From assembly GCA_963712745.1 (NCBI GenBank), contig CAVQJC010000006.1, positions 341,133 through 405,132 on the forward strand: a stretch of DNA of 64,000 nucleotides. The letters are read 5' to 3'. A program made the position numbers and the translations under genes. This document shows, one piece after another, positions 38,748 to 49,232 of this stretch. Position 1 is the stretch's first letter; the number at the start of each line of letters is the position of its first letter. The stretch is from an uncultured Chloroflexia bacterium. GTDB lineage: Bacteria; Chloroflexota; Limnocylindria; Limnocylindrales; CSP1-4. Under the pieces are notes generated by a model. That model did not search any database. It was not told the DNA's origin and saw only the letters and a list, made by a program, of their open reading frames with translations.

Positions 38748-39677
38748 ATGCCGTCGATCGCCCGGCCCCTGCCCCTGACCATCGTGACGCTCGGCATATC
38801 GTCACTCGCTCTGCTCATCAGCCTCGTAGTCGGTGCGGACCCCCTCAGCCTCGTCGTCGGCGCGGCGACCGTGGCCGTTGCCTTTGCCCTGGTGGTCGTG
38901 ATCTGGTTCGTGCCCGCCCAGCGGGCTGCTCGTCGCCGCCGACGTCGAGACCTCCGCGAGGCCAGGCGCGCGCGCCGTCGTGAGCGCCAGGCGGCTGTCC
39001 GTCGCGCTGCCAAGCAGGAGCGCGTCACCCGGCGCCTGGTGGGGCGCAGTGAGCGCCACCTCCTCGTGCAGCTGGAGTCTCGCGACTGGCTGTCCCGCGA
39101 GCTCGGTCTGCCCAGACCGCTGCCACCCACGCGCGCCTATGCCGCCAGCCCGGACCTTCTCGCCGAGCTGGTCGGGGCCATCGACCGCTTCGCGCCCGAC
39201 ACTGTCGTGGAACTCGGCGCCGGGCTATCCACCGTGGTCCTGGCCCGCCGGCTGCAGCAATCCGGCCGCGGCCATCTGGTCACGCTCGAGCACTTGCCTG
39301 AGTACGCGGCGCGGTCCAGGGAGGAGCTCGAGGCGTACGGGGTGAGCGGCAGTGTGAGCGTCCTCGACGCACCGCTGGTGGATACACCCGTAGGTCCCGA
39401 GACCTGGCCCTGGTACGAGCTCGGGCCAGGTGTCCCCGAGCGCATCGACATGCTCGTCGTCGACGGCCCGCCGGGCAGGATACGGCCGCAGGCCCGCTAT
39501 CCCGCCATGCCCGTGCTGCGGGACCGGCTCAGCCCCGGCGCGCGCGTGTTCGTGGACGACGGGGACCGGCCTGATGAGCGTTTGATCGTCGACCGCTGGC
39601 TGGCCGAGATCGATGGTCTCGAGGCCGAGCGGCTGTCCATCGCCCAGGGTGCCTGGATGCTGACCATGCCGCGATGA
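38748..39677 (+). CDS. Membrane-anchored class I SAM-dependent methyltransferase
   Basis: Two N-terminal TMs, VVELGAGLST, LEH, MLVVDGPP, VFVDD. Confidence 0.85.
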   Translation: MPSIARPLPLTIVTLGISSLALLISLVVGADPLSLVVGAATVAVAFALVVVIWFVPAQRAARRRRRRDLREARRARRRERQAAVRRAAKQERVTRRLVGRSERHLLVQLESRDWLSRELGLPRPLPPTRAYAASPDLLAELVGAIDRFAPDTVVELGAGLSTVVLARRLQQSGRGHLVTLEHLPEYAARSREELEAYGVSGSVSVLDAPLVDTPVGPETWPWYELGPGVPERIDMLVVDGPPGRIRPQARYPAMPVLRDRLSPGARVFVDDGDRPDERLIVDRWLAEIDGLEAERLSIAQGAWMLTMPR

Positions 39678-39735
39678 CCGCCGCCCGCCATGGTCTTGTC
39701 GGAGTGCCCGGGCCCTGACTGCCACCGCTGAGCCC

Positions 39736-41346
39736 ATGGGCCGGACCTCGCGCGCGGTGATGCTGGCCGCGCTGTGCCTGGGTGTGCTGCTCGTGGGCAT
39801 CGAGTTGTTCATCACCGCGGTCGCGCTGCCGGACATCTTCTTCGACCTTTCGGGCTGGGACGAGCTGCGGCGGGCTTCGTGGATCATCACCGCCTACCTG
39901 GTGGCCTACATCGCCGCCATGCCCCTGGCCGGACGTGCTGCGGACCGCTTTGGATTACCGCGCCTGATGATGCTGAGCCTGCTGCTGTTCGCGGCCGGCT
40001 CGTTCATCTGCGGCGCCGCCCAAGACCTGGAGATGCTGGTCTTCGGACGCGTGGTGCAGGGCGCCGGCGCAGGCGCCATCCTGCCCGTGGCCACGGCCGG
40101 CGCCAGCCACCTCTACAGCGGCCATCTCCGCTCCCGTGCGCTCGGCTTCATCGGCGCCGCCACCTTCCTGGGCATGGCCATCGGGCCCCTGCTGGGCGCG
40201 CTCATCCTCGAGCACCTGCAGCTGCGCGACGCGCTCGCCTCGATCGACATCTGGGGCGGCAGCGCGGTCGACTACCTCGTGCCGGCCTGGCGCTGGGTCT
40301 TCTACATCACCGTACCGCTGGCGCTGCTGGCGGCCCTCTACGTCTGGGCCGCTTCCCCGGACTGGGACGTGGCCCCGGGCAGCTCGCGCATGGACGCGGT
40401 CGGCGCGGTCCTCTCCAGCATCGCCCTCACCAGTGCCCTGCTGGCCATCACGCTCATCGGCGATGAGCCAGGCGACCTGCCGGTCATCCCGGTGGCCACG
40501 GTCGTGGCCATCGTCGCCGGCGTGCTCGCGGTCGTGCGCATGCTGCGTGTACCTGAGCCCTTCCTCGACCTGCGCCTGTTCACCAACCGCGTCTTCAGCG
40601 GGGCGGTGCTGGTAAGCCTGCTCACCGGCTACGCCCTGGCCACGGCCATCGTGGGCATGGCTGCGTTCATCGACCGGGTCCGTTTCGCGGGCCCCGACGA
40701 ACAGGGCCTGGTGCTGGGGCCGATGGCTCTGTTCATGGCCATCGGCGCCTTCGCCTCGGGCTTCATGATGCGGCGCTTCAACGCCACCGCCGTGACCCTG
40801 GTCGGCCTGGCCGCGAGCGTGGTCGGCCTGGTCTGGCTCTCGACCACGCGCATCGATACCGAGCTGTACGTGCCGGTGGGGGCCATGTCCGTCTTCGGCA
40901 TCGGCTTCGGGCTCACCGTCACTCCGCGCTCGATGGCGGCCGTGGAGGCGGCCGGCCGCGCCGCCTTCGGAGCTGCCAGTGCCGCGGTCACGGTCGCGCG
41001 TATGGCCGGCATGGCCGTCGGCATGGCCGTGCTCACGGCCTTCGGCACGACCCGTATCGACCAGGTGACCGTGGCCCTCGAGGACCAGACCTACCGCGAC
41101 TCCATCCTGCCGCCGGAGCTGGTAGGCCAGCCGCTGAGCGACCCCCTCGTGCTCGACGCCATCGAGCTCTGGGCCTCATCAGAGGCGGCGGAGGTGCTGG
41201 GCTCGCTGTTCATCGTGGCCGCCATCATCCTGGTCATCGCCGCGGTTCCGGCCTGGCTCATGCGCGAGGGGCGGGGTGACCAGGCGGGCGACGTCGCGAC
41301 GGTCCAGGCGGCGGCAGACGACGAGGAGATCGTCGCTGGCTTCTGA
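39736..41346 (+). CDS. MFS transporter (DHA2-like, 14 TM)
   Basis: WIITAYLV, AGRAADRFG, GRVVQGAGAG, GPLLG, WRWVFYI. Confidence 0.92.
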   Translation: MGRTSRAVMLAALCLGVLLVGIELFITAVALPDIFFDLSGWDELRRASWIITAYLVAYIAAMPLAGRAADRFGLPRLMMLSLLLFAAGSFICGAAQDLEMLVFGRVVQGAGAGAILPVATAGASHLYSGHLRSRALGFIGAATFLGMAIGPLLGALILEHLQLRDALASIDIWGGSAVDYLVPAWRWVFYITVPLALLAALYVWAASPDWDVAPGSSRMDAVGAVLSSIALTSALLAITLIGDEPGDLPVIPVATVVAIVAGVLAVVRMLRVPEPFLDLRLFTNRVFSGAVLVSLLTGYALATAIVGMAAFIDRVRFAGPDEQGLVLGPMALFMAIGAFASGFMMRRFNATAVTLVGLAASVVGLVWLSTTRIDTELYVPVGAMSVFGIGFGLTVTPRSMAAVEAAGRAAFGAASAAVTVARMAGMAVGMAVLTAFGTTRIDQVTVALEDQTYRDSILPPELVGQPLSDPLVLDAIELWASSEAAEVLGSLFIVAAIILVIAAVPAWLMREGRGDQAGDVATVQAAADDEEIVAGF

Positions 41347-41401
41347 CGACCTGGCTGTGCCCCTCGCCGGCGGCGTGGCGGTGTCTTCCGCCGCCGAGGC
41401 C

Positions 41402-42214
41402 ATGACGCGTGCGCGCCCGCTGCTCCGCGGACGGCTGTTGCTGGCCTGCGACTTCGACGGCACCATTTCCCGGCTCGGGCTCGACCCCTGGCGAGCGGCC
41501 GTCATCCCGAGCGCCCAGCGGGCACTGCGCCAGCTGGCCGGCTCACCGCGCACTCACGTCGCTCTCATCTCCGGTCGCTCCGTGCCCGACCTGGCCGGAC
41601 GCGTGCGGGTCGGTGGCGCGAGCTATCACGGCGATCATGGGGCCGAGCGAGCGCGCACCGTCCGTGGCTTCCGCCCGGCGCACATCCGGGTCGAGCGGGA
41701 GCCGGCCGACCCCGCGGTCACGGCCATGGCCGAGCGCCTGAAGACGGGCGTGCCACCGATGGTTGCCGAACCCTGGCTGGTGCTCGAAGACAAAGGCCCC
41801 GCGCTGACCTTCCACTTCCGCGGCGCCCCCGACACCGACGCGGCTCGGCGCCGGGTGCGCGCGGCCGTGGACGCTATCGACACCGACGGTCTGCTCGATC
41901 AGCCCGGCGGGCGCCGCGCCTGGGAGCTGAGACCTCCCGGCGCCACCACCAAGGGCATGACCCTGGAGCGGCTCATGGGGGAGTATCGTCCCGACACGGT
42001 GCTCATGCTGGGCGACGATCGCAACGACGCGCTGGCCTTCGACGCGCTGCGGGCGGCTCGCGACGACGGCCGGGTGCAAGGTCTGGCCATCGCCGTCGTC
42101 AGCCCGGCCGCCGATGCCACCGAGATCGCACCCCGCGCCGACCTCGTCTTTCCCGGATCGAGCGTGGCCGCGCGCTTCCTGGGGTTGCTGGCGCGCGCAC
42201 GCGCCGACGCTTGA
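41402..42214 (+). CDS. otsB: Trehalose-6-phosphate phosphatase
   Basis: DFDGT, ISGR, GDHGAE, EDKG..LTFHFR, ELRP, GDDRND; start uncertain. Confidence 0.85.
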   Translation: MTRARPLLRGRLLLACDFDGTISRLGLDPWRAAVIPSAQRALRQLAGSPRTHVALISGRSVPDLAGRVRVGGASYHGDHGAERARTVRGFRPAHIRVEREPADPAVTAMAERLKTGVPPMVAEPWLVLEDKGPALTFHFRGAPDTDAARRRVRAAVDAIDTDGLLDQPGGRRAWELRPPGATTKGMTLERLMGEYRPDTVLMLGDDRNDALAFDALRAARDDGRVQGLAIAVVSPAADATEIAPRADLVFPGSSVAARFLGLLARARADA

Positions 42215-42299
42215 GATACGGCGTCCCGCGCCCCTTGCCAGCGTCATCTCGGCGGCCGATGATATCGGACCGAGCTGCACCCGCCAGGAGGTCACACTC

Positions 42300-43166
42300 G
42301 TGCGTTCCCGTCATCGCCTCGTGCTCGCTGGAGCCGCCTCCGCAGCACTCCTTGCCATGTCCCTGGTGGGCCCGGTCGTGGCCCAGACCGAGCCCGCAGC
42401 CGAGTGCTCATCACAGAACGCCGACGGCCGATGTGAACGCGTCGAAGACTGGCGCGCCCGCCGAGCCGAGCTGCGCGACACGCTCAAGTCGACGCGCGCC
42501 GAATGGAAGGCATTCGCTGCCGAGTACAAGGCAGAGCGGCGTGGGGCACGCGAGGAGCTCCGAGACCTGCGCCGCGCCGCCATGGCTGAACGAAAGACCG
42601 ACCGAGCAGAGCTGCGAGCCCAGCGGCGAGCCGAACGAAAGACCGACCGAGCAGAGCAGCGCGCGCAACGCCGATCAGCGCGTCAGTCAGCGCTCCCCGC
42701 CGCCATCGACGACCGCTTTGGCGGGAGCGCCAGCGCTGACGGGAGCGGCGTGGTCCGTGCGGGGCTGGGCCTGGCCGAGCCTGGCTCGGCACCCGGCGAA
42801 CAGCTGGGTCTGTGGCACTACACCATCGCCGCCGGGGCCGAGCTGGCGCCACATACGCACCCCGGCTGGCAGCTGGCCCGCATCGTATCGGGCGAGCTCG
42901 AGTACACCGTCGACTCCGGCGAGGGCGTGCTGCTTCGTGCAGGCGGCTCGAGCGAGCCGATGGGCCCGGGGACCTACCTGCTCCGCCCCGGCGACGGAGT
43001 CATCGAGGATCCCCAGCTGGTGCACCACGCCGCCAACGTCAGCGAAGCGCCGGTGACCATCATCTCGGCCACGCTGTTCGAGGCCGGGCAGCCTACAGCC
43101 ACCGTGGTCGAGGAGCCTGCTGCCGAGGAGCAGGCCGTCACCGGTGGGCCGGCAGCCTCCGGGTAG
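42300..43166 (+). CDS. Secreted protein: signal peptide, charged coiled coil, C-terminal cupin
   Basis: AGGAGG RBS; hydrophobic leader ending VVA-Q; HTHPG...VHH cupin motifs. Confidence 0.75.
   Translation: MRSRHRLVLAGAASAALLAMSLVGPVVAQTEPAAECSSQNADGRCERVEDWRARRAELRDTLKSTRAEWKAFAAEYKAERRGAREELRDLRRAAMAERKTDRAELRAQRRAERKTDRAEQRAQRRSARQSALPAAIDDRFGGSASADGSGVVRAGLGLAEPGSAPGEQLGLWHYTIAAGAELAPHTHPGWQLARIVSGELEYTVDSGEGVLLRAGGSSEPMGPGTYLLRPGDGVIEDPQLVHHAANVSEAPVTIISATLFEAGQPTATVVEEPAAEEQAVTGGPAASG
42588..42657. repeat. 45-bp-period intragenic direct repeat (AERKTDRAE[L/Q]RAQRR x2)
   Basis: GAACGAAAGACCGACCGAGCAGAGC at 42588 and 42633. Confidence 0.85.
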
Positions 43167-43169
43167 CGC

Positions 43170-44690
43170 CTAGATCTGCACCAGGGCCGTGGCGGCCGCC
43201 TCGGTCCACTCGAGGATGGCGCCGGTCACCGGCGGGAACAGGCCGATGAGGATGACCATCGCTGCGGCCAGGGCCAGGCCGGCCTTGGTGATGCCGCCGA
43301 TGGTGACCTCCGGCGCTTCGTCAGCCGGCTTGCGCATGTACATGTAGACGACCACGCGCAGGTAGTAGAAGGCGGCCATGGCGGCGTTGAGCATCATGAT
43401 CACCGCCAGTAGCGTCATGCCCCCGCCCACTTCGAGGGCGCTGAGGACCACGGTCATCTTGGCGAAGAAGCCGGCCAGCGGTGGGATGCCCACCAGCGAC
43501 AGCAGGAACACGGTCATGGCCAGGGCCAGCACCGGAGCGCGATAGCCCAGGCCGGTGAAGGTCGAGATCTGGCTGGTCACACCGGGGCGTCGCTGCAGCG
43601 CAGCCACTACCGCGAACGCACCCAGGTTCATGAAGGCGTAGGCCACGCTGTAGAAGAGCACAGCCTGTACGCCCGAGGACGCGACCTGTAGGTCGTCCGC
43701 GGTGGCGAAGACCACCAGGCCGACCATGATGTAGCCGGTGTGCGCGATGGAGCTGTAGGCCAGCATGCGCTTGATGTTGTCCTGGCCCAGCGCGGCCAGG
43801 TTGCCCACGGTCATGGTGACGGCCGCGAGCACGCCGACGACCAGGGCCCACTCGCCGCGCAGCGGGCCCAGCGCCTCTACGAAGATGCGCAGGATGAGCG
43901 CGAAAGCGGCGATCTTGGGGCCCACCGAGAGGTAGCCCGTGACCGGAGTGGGCGAGCCCTGGTAGGCGTCCGGGGTCCAGTAGTGGAAGGGCACCGCGGC
44001 GATCTTGAAGAGCACGCCGACCGCCAGCAGGGCCAGGGCCATGGCCAACGCCAGGGGGATCGGCTCGCCGCCCTCGAGCACGCCCTCGAGCGCGGCTGCG
44101 ACCGCCCCCAGCTGGGTTGAGCCGGTGAAGCCCAGGACGAAGGCCAGGCCGAAGAGCAGGATGGCGCTGGAGAACGAACCCAGCAGGAAGTACTTGATGG
44201 CACCCTCGGTCGAGAGCCCGTCGCGCTTGGCCAGGGCCGCGAGGATGTAGCCCGGCAGCACCAGCAGCTCCAGCCCGATGAAGAGGATAAGCAGGTCCTG
44301 GCCGCCGGCGATGAGCATGCCGCCGCTGACCGCGAAGAGCAGCGTGACCGTGAACTCGGCCAGCGGCAGCTTGCGCGGTACGAGGTAGTCGGGCGCGAAC
44401 AGCAGCGTCAGCAGGCCGATGGAGATGAGCACGACATCGAGCAGGGCCGTCAGCAGGTCGCGGGTGTAGAGCGCCGGGTCGCCTACGGACTGGGCCTCGC
44501 TCAGCGCGCCGAAGTCCCAGGGCATGGGCCCGATAGCCAGTGTCGCCACCAGGGCCAGCAAGAGGCCGCCCACGCCGAGCGACATGAGCAACTCGTCGCG
44601 CCGGGGCCAGAAGAGGTCGGCCAGCAGGACCGTGATGGCCAGCAGGACGATCAGCGTGAAGGGCAGCAAGGCCAGCACTTCGCTGCTCAC
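43170..44690 (-). CDS. nuoN: NADH-quinone oxidoreductase subunit N
   Basis: EGAIKYFLLGS, FKIAAVPFHYWTPDAYQGSP, KRMLAYSSIAH. Confidence 0.97.
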   Translation of the reverse strand: MSSEVLALLPFTLIVLLAITVLLADLFWPRRDELLMSLGVGGLLLALVATLAIGPMPWDFGALSEAQSVGDPALYTRDLLTALLDVVLISIGLLTLLFAPDYLVPRKLPLAEFTVTLLFAVSGGMLIAGGQDLLILFIGLELLVLPGYILAALAKRDGLSTEGAIKYFLLGSFSSAILLFGLAFVLGFTGSTQLGAVAAALEGVLEGGEPIPLALAMALALLAVGVLFKIAAVPFHYWTPDAYQGSPTPVTGYLSVGPKIAAFALILRIFVEALGPLRGEWALVVGVLAAVTMTVGNLAALGQDNIKRMLAYSSIAHTGYIMVGLVVFATADDLQVASSGVQAVLFYSVAYAFMNLGAFAVVAALQRRPGVTSQISTFTGLGYRAPVLALAMTVFLLSLVGIPPLAGFFAKMTVVLSALEVGGGMTLLAVIMMLNAAMAAFYYLRVVVYMYMRKPADEAPEVTIGGITKAGLALAAAMVILIGLFPPVTGAILEWTEAAATALVQI

Positions 44691-46252
44691 GGCAGCAACC
44701 CCGCGGTGGTCTCGGCGACGGTCTCGGCCGCATCGTCGACGATGACCAGGATCTCTGTCACCGGCATCGCGATGAGATCGAGGACCAGCGCCGGGAAGAG
44801 GCCCAGCACGACCGTCAGCAGCACCAGCGGCGCCAGCGTCGCGGCCTCCATCTTGCTGACGTCGGTGAGCCTGTCACCGAGGCCCTTCAGGAAGTCGCTG
44901 ACGTCGCCCATGATGGTGTTCTGGACCATGTACAGCAGGTACACCGCCGCGAAGATGATGGTGAACGCGGCGATGTAGCCCACCATCGGCTCCCATCTGA
45001 CGGAGCCCAGCAGGACCAGGAACTCGCCCACGAAACCGGCCAGGCCGGGCAGGCCTGCCGAGGCCAGGCTGAAGAAGACCATCAGCGTGGCGAACACGGG
45101 GACACGCTGGCCGAGGCCGCTCATCTTGGCGATGGTGCGGTCGTGCGTGCGCTCGTAGATGACGCCGACGAGAAGGAAGAGGGCGCCGGTGATGACGCCG
45201 TGGGCGACCATCTGGAAGAGCGCGCCCTGCACGCCCTGCTCGTTGAAGACGAAGATGCCCAGTGTCACGAAGCCCATGTGGCTGACCGAGGAGTAGGCGA
45301 TGAGGCGCTTGAGGTCGGGCTGGCGGATGGCCACGACGGCCCCGTAGAGCATGCCGATGATCGAGAGCGCGATGATGAACGGAGCAAGATCGACCGCCGC
45401 ATCGGGGAAGAGCGGCAGGTTCATGCGGATGAGCCCGTAGCCACCGAGCTTCAGCAGCACGCCCGCGAGGATGACCGAGCCGGCTGTGGGCGCCTCGGTA
45501 TGGGCGTCGGGCAGCCAGGTGTGCACCGGCCACATCGGGACCTTGATGGCGAAGGCCAGGAAGAAGCCCAGGAAGGCCCAGAACTGGAGCGTCGGATCGA
45601 AGCCGAACTCGACCAACTTGGTGTAGTCGAAGGCGCCCGCCCAGGGGTCTGCCGCGCCCAGCGCCACTTGTGCCTGGTAGTAGCTCCAGGCGATGGCCAG
45701 GATGGCGATGAGCATCAGCAGCGAGCCCACCAGGGTGTAGATGACGAACTTGATGGTGGCGTAGATGCGATTGGCGCCGCCCCAGATGCCGATGATGAGA
45801 TACATCGGTACGAGCACCACTTCCCAGAAGACGTAGAAGAGGAAGAGGTCGAGGCTGAGGAAGACGCCGAGCATGCCCACCTCGAGCACGAGGAAGGCGA
45901 TCATGTACTCCTTCACCCGCGTCTGGATCGGGCCGAAGGAGGCCAGGATGCTGATCGAGGTCAGCAGCGTCGTGAGCAGGACGAGTACCAGGCTGATGCC
46001 GTCCACGCCGACCTTGTACTGGATGCCGAAGAAGCCGATCCAGTCGACCGTCTGCACCAGCTGGAAGCCCGCCTGGTCGTTGTCAAAGCCAAGGGCCACC
46101 AACAGCGAGATGGCGAAGGCGACCAGCGAGATGGCGAAGGCGCCCCAGCGGTGTATGTCCACGCGCCGGTTGGGCACGAAGAGCAGGATCAACGCGCCGA
46201 CCAGCGGCGTGAAGATGAGCAGCGAGAGCAGGTCCAGCCGGCCGAGGTCCAT
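44687..46252 (-). CDS. nuoM: NADH-quinone oxidoreductase subunit M
   Basis: FYVFWE, AIKVPMWPVHTWLPDAHTEAP, KRLIAYSSVSHMG. Confidence 0.97.
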   Translation of the reverse strand: MDLGRLDLLSLLIFTPLVGALILLFVPNRRVDIHRWGAFAISLVAFAISLLVALGFDNDQAGFQLVQTVDWIGFFGIQYKVGVDGISLVLVLLTTLLTSISILASFGPIQTRVKEYMIAFLVLEVGMLGVFLSLDLFLFYVFWEVVLVPMYLIIGIWGGANRIYATIKFVIYTLVGSLLMLIAILAIAWSYYQAQVALGAADPWAGAFDYTKLVEFGFDPTLQFWAFLGFFLAFAIKVPMWPVHTWLPDAHTEAPTAGSVILAGVLLKLGGYGLIRMNLPLFPDAAVDLAPFIIALSIIGMLYGAVVAIRQPDLKRLIAYSSVSHMGFVTLGIFVFNEQGVQGALFQMVAHGVITGALFLLVGVIYERTHDRTIAKMSGLGQRVPVFATLMVFFSLASAGLPGLAGFVGEFLVLLGSVRWEPMVGYIAAFTIIFAAVYLLYMVQNTIMGDVSDFLKGLGDRLTDVSKMEAATLAPLVLLTVVLGLFPALVLDLIAMPVTEILVIVDDAAETVAETTAGLLP

Positions 46253-48315
46253 CAGCGGGCCATCAGGATGAAGAGGGTGGCGATGACGATGAGCCCGAGG
46301 GCGATGCCCAGGGCGTAGTTCTGGACGCGGCCGGTCTGGATGTGGCGGACGCCGTCACCGACCGACGTGGTCACCGAGCCCACACCGTTGACGATGCCGT
46401 CGATGATCCTGACGTCGAACCACATGATGCCGTTGGCGACCTTGCCTCCGAAGCGGTAGAAGATGAGGTCGTTGAGGTCGTCGAAGTACCACTTGTTGTA
46501 GGAGGCGGTGTAGAGCAACCGGGTCAGGCGGTTGCGTCCGGCGATGGCATCGACCTCATCGAGCCGTGCCTTCAGGTTGAAGAAACCGAAGAACCAGATG
46601 CCCACGGCGATGCCGACCGAGGCCACCACGACGGAGGCCAGGATGAGCGCGCCATCGATACCGAAGATGAGGTACTCGTGGTCGTGGATCTCCATGATCC
46701 TCTCGGCCGGCGCGAAGATCGGCTCCAACCAGCTGAAGATGACCGAGTCGCCCAGTGGCGTGCCGATGACGATGCCCAGCAGGACCGTCGGGATGGCCAG
46801 CAGGATGAGCGGGGTGGTCATCGAGCGTGGCGACTCGTGGATCTTGGGCTCGACCTCGGGATCCACGTGGCTCTGGCCGTAGAACGTCTTGCCCATCAGC
46901 CGGAACATGTAGAAGCCGGTCATGCCGGCCACGATGAGCCCCACGATGAACACCGGCCCGTAGCCGAAGATGAACGACTCGCCCAGGATGGCGTCCTTGG
47001 AGAAGAAGCCGGCCAGCGGCGGGATGCCCGACAGCGAGAGCGCAGCGATGAGGAAGGTCCAGTGGGTGATGGGGATCTTCTTGCGCAGCGCCCCCATCTT
47101 GTCCATGTCCTGCTCCTCGTGGACCGCGTGGATGACCGAGCCCGAGCCCAGGAAGAGCAGGCCCTTGGTGAAGCCGTGGGCCATGAGGTGGAAGATGGCC
47201 GCCACCCACGCGCCTACGCCAAGGGCCGCGAACATGTAGCCCAGCTGGGAGAGCGTGGAGTAGGCCAGGACTCTCTTGATGTCCTTCTGGGTCAGCGCGA
47301 TCGACGCCGCCAGGATGGCCGTGAAGATGCCGATGCTGGCCACCAGCAGCATCGTCTCCGGCGCCAGCGCGAAGATGGGCGAGGTGCGCGCGATGAAATA
47401 GACGCCGGCGTTGACCATGGTCGCGGCATGGATGAGCGCGGACACCGGGGTGGGGCCCTCCATCGCGTCCGGCAGCCAGACGTGGAAGGGGAACTGGGCG
47501 GACTTGCCGGCAGCACCCACGAACAGCAGCAGGATGACGGCATCGACGATCCACCACTCGGTCTCCGACCAGGGCATGATCTCGAACGACTGGAGCACGT
47601 TCATCGTGCCCGTGATGAGGAACACGCCCATGATGCCGATGAGGAAGCCATGGTCGGCCACGCGGTTGACCAGGAAGGCCTTCTTCGACGCCAGCGCCGG
47701 GGCTCGCCGCTTGTACCAGAAGCCGATGAGCAGGTAGCTTGACAGGCCCACCAGCTCCCAGGCCGCGAAGATGACCAGGTAGCTGTCGGCCATGACCAGC
47801 AGCAGCATGCTGAACATGAACAGGTTGAGGTAGGCGAAGAAGCGCCACTTGGCGTCGTCGTGCTCCATGTAGCCGATGCTGTAGATGTGCACCAGCGAGC
47901 CGATCCAGGTGACCACGATGAGCATCACCGCGGTGAGGTTGTCGAAGAGGAATCCGAACTCGACCTGCAAGTCGCCGACCGGGATCCAGGTGTAGACGGT
48001 GAAGCCCCAGCGCGCGTTCTCGCTGCCCAGCGCCCCGAAGCCCAGCGTGTCCGCGATGTCGGGATAAAGCGCCGCGAATGCCAGCAGCGTGGCGATGAAG
48101 GCCGAGATGAGCACGGCGCTGATGGAGATGATCCAGGGCCGCCGACCCAGACGCCGGCCTACGAGGCCCGTCAGCAGGAAGCCGATGAGGGGGACGAACA
48201 GCACCAGCAGGACTGCCAATGACTGCGCATCCGTGGCCGCCGCCAGCTGCAGTGCTTCCTCGGCGGCCTCACTGCCATGCTCGGCAGCGGCCTCGGCGTT
48301 GAAGATGAGGTCCAT
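46252..48315 (-). CDS. nuoL: NADH-quinone oxidoreductase subunit L
   Basis: GKSAQFPFHVWLPDAMEGPTPVSALIHAATMV, QTGRVQNY. Confidence 0.97.
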   Translation of the reverse strand: MDLIFNAEAAAEHGSEAAEEALQLAAATDAQSLAVLLVLFVPLIGFLLTGLVGRRLGRRPWIISISAVLISAFIATLLAFAALYPDIADTLGFGALGSENARWGFTVYTWIPVGDLQVEFGFLFDNLTAVMLIVVTWIGSLVHIYSIGYMEHDDAKWRFFAYLNLFMFSMLLLVMADSYLVIFAAWELVGLSSYLLIGFWYKRRAPALASKKAFLVNRVADHGFLIGIMGVFLITGTMNVLQSFEIMPWSETEWWIVDAVILLLFVGAAGKSAQFPFHVWLPDAMEGPTPVSALIHAATMVNAGVYFIARTSPIFALAPETMLLVASIGIFTAILAASIALTQKDIKRVLAYSTLSQLGYMFAALGVGAWVAAIFHLMAHGFTKGLLFLGSGSVIHAVHEEQDMDKMGALRKKIPITHWTFLIAALSLSGIPPLAGFFSKDAILGESFIFGYGPVFIVGLIVAGMTGFYMFRLMGKTFYGQSHVDPEVEPKIHESPRSMTTPLILLAIPTVLLGIVIGTPLGDSVIFSWLEPIFAPAERIMEIHDHEYLIFGIDGALILASVVVASVGIAVGIWFFGFFNLKARLDEVDAIAGRNRLTRLLYTASYNKWYFDDLNDLIFYRFGGKVANGIMWFDVRIIDGIVNGVGSVTTSVGDGVRHIQTGRVQNYALGIALGLIVIATLFILMAR

Positions 48316-48321
48316 CTGCCG

Positions 48322-48633
48322 CTACTCCTTCATCGACGTGTACTCGTCCACGAGCGGCGTCCTGCGGTTGCGGTAGATGGCGATGACGATGGCCAGGCCG
48401 ACCGTGGCCTCACCGGCCGCCAGCGCGATGATGAACAGCGCGATCGTGCTGGCCTGCGCGGCGAACTCGGGCGTGAAGGCCCCGAAGGCGATGATGGCCA
48501 GGTTGACCGCGTTGAGCATCAGCTCGATGGACATGAGCATGGCGATGGCATTGCGGCGGGCCAGGAAGCCGAACGTGCCGATGCCGAAGAGCAGCACCGA
48601 CAGGATGAGGTAGGCCTCGAGCGACTGGCTCAT
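48322..48633 (-). CDS. nuoK: NADH-quinone oxidoreductase subunit K
   Basis: RRNAIAMLMSIELMLNAVN, AAGEATVGLA. Confidence 0.97.
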   Translation of the reverse strand: MSQSLEAYLILSVLLFGIGTFGFLARRNAIAMLMSIELMLNAVNLAIIAFGAFTPEFAAQASTIALFIIALAAGEATVGLAIVIAIYRNRRTPLVDEYTSMKE

Positions 48634-49211
48634 GCCTTGCTCTCTTCGTCGCGCATGGCCGTGCGCGGGTTGTTGGTCTCGGGCATGTCGTCGTCGCGCT
48701 TGGCCAGGTAGAGCCCGCCGATGACGCCGGCCAGCAGCAGCACACCCAGGGCCAGGAACGCGAGCATGTAGTCGTTGAACAGGGTCAAGGCGATGTCACG
48801 GGCCTCGGCTACCTGTACCTGCGCAGTCGCGTCCCATTCGGTCAGCAGGATGGTCGTGGCCATGAGCAGCACGAGCACCATGGCAGCCAGTGCCCCGGCC
48901 CACCATTGACGGTTGAAGACGAGCCTGGCGGGACCACGCTTGGACTGCGTGATCATGACCGCGAAGAGGATGAGCACCGCGATCGCGCCCACGTACACCA
49001 GTACCTGGCTGATGGCCATGAAGGCGCTGCCGAGCAGGCCGTAGATGCCGGCCAGAGCGGCGAATGACAGGATGAGCCAGAGCGCCGAGCGGATGATGTC
49101 CCGCCCCAGCACGACGAGCAGCGCCGAGCCCAGCATCACGCCGGCCAGCAGCAGGAAGATCAGGTCATCCCAGCGCCAGTCGAGATACGGGACCGTCCCC
49201 GGTAGCTCCAC
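48630..49211 (-). CDS. nuoJ: NADH-quinone oxidoreductase subunit J
   Basis: QVLVYVGAIAVLILFAVM. Confidence 0.95.
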   Translation of the reverse strand: MELPGTVPYLDWRWDDLIFLLLAGVMLGSALLVVLGRDIIRSALWLILSFAALAGIYGLLGSAFMAISQVLVYVGAIAVLILFAVMITQSKRGPARLVFNRQWWAGALAAMVLVLLMATTILLTEWDATAQVQVAEARDIALTLFNDYMLAFLALGVLLLAGVIGGLYLAKRDDDMPETNNPRTAMRDEESKA

Positions 49212-49232
49212 TCCCTCTCTGTACCCCCTGGA

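Noticed and set aside
42588-42657. Direct repeat considered as a mini-CRISPR
   Set aside because: Only two copies, in-frame 45-bp period inside a coding region, no cas genes
43170-48315. Chloroflexota-type complex I with a duplicated NuoM (2M)
   Set aside because: Only one nuoM between nuoL and nuoN
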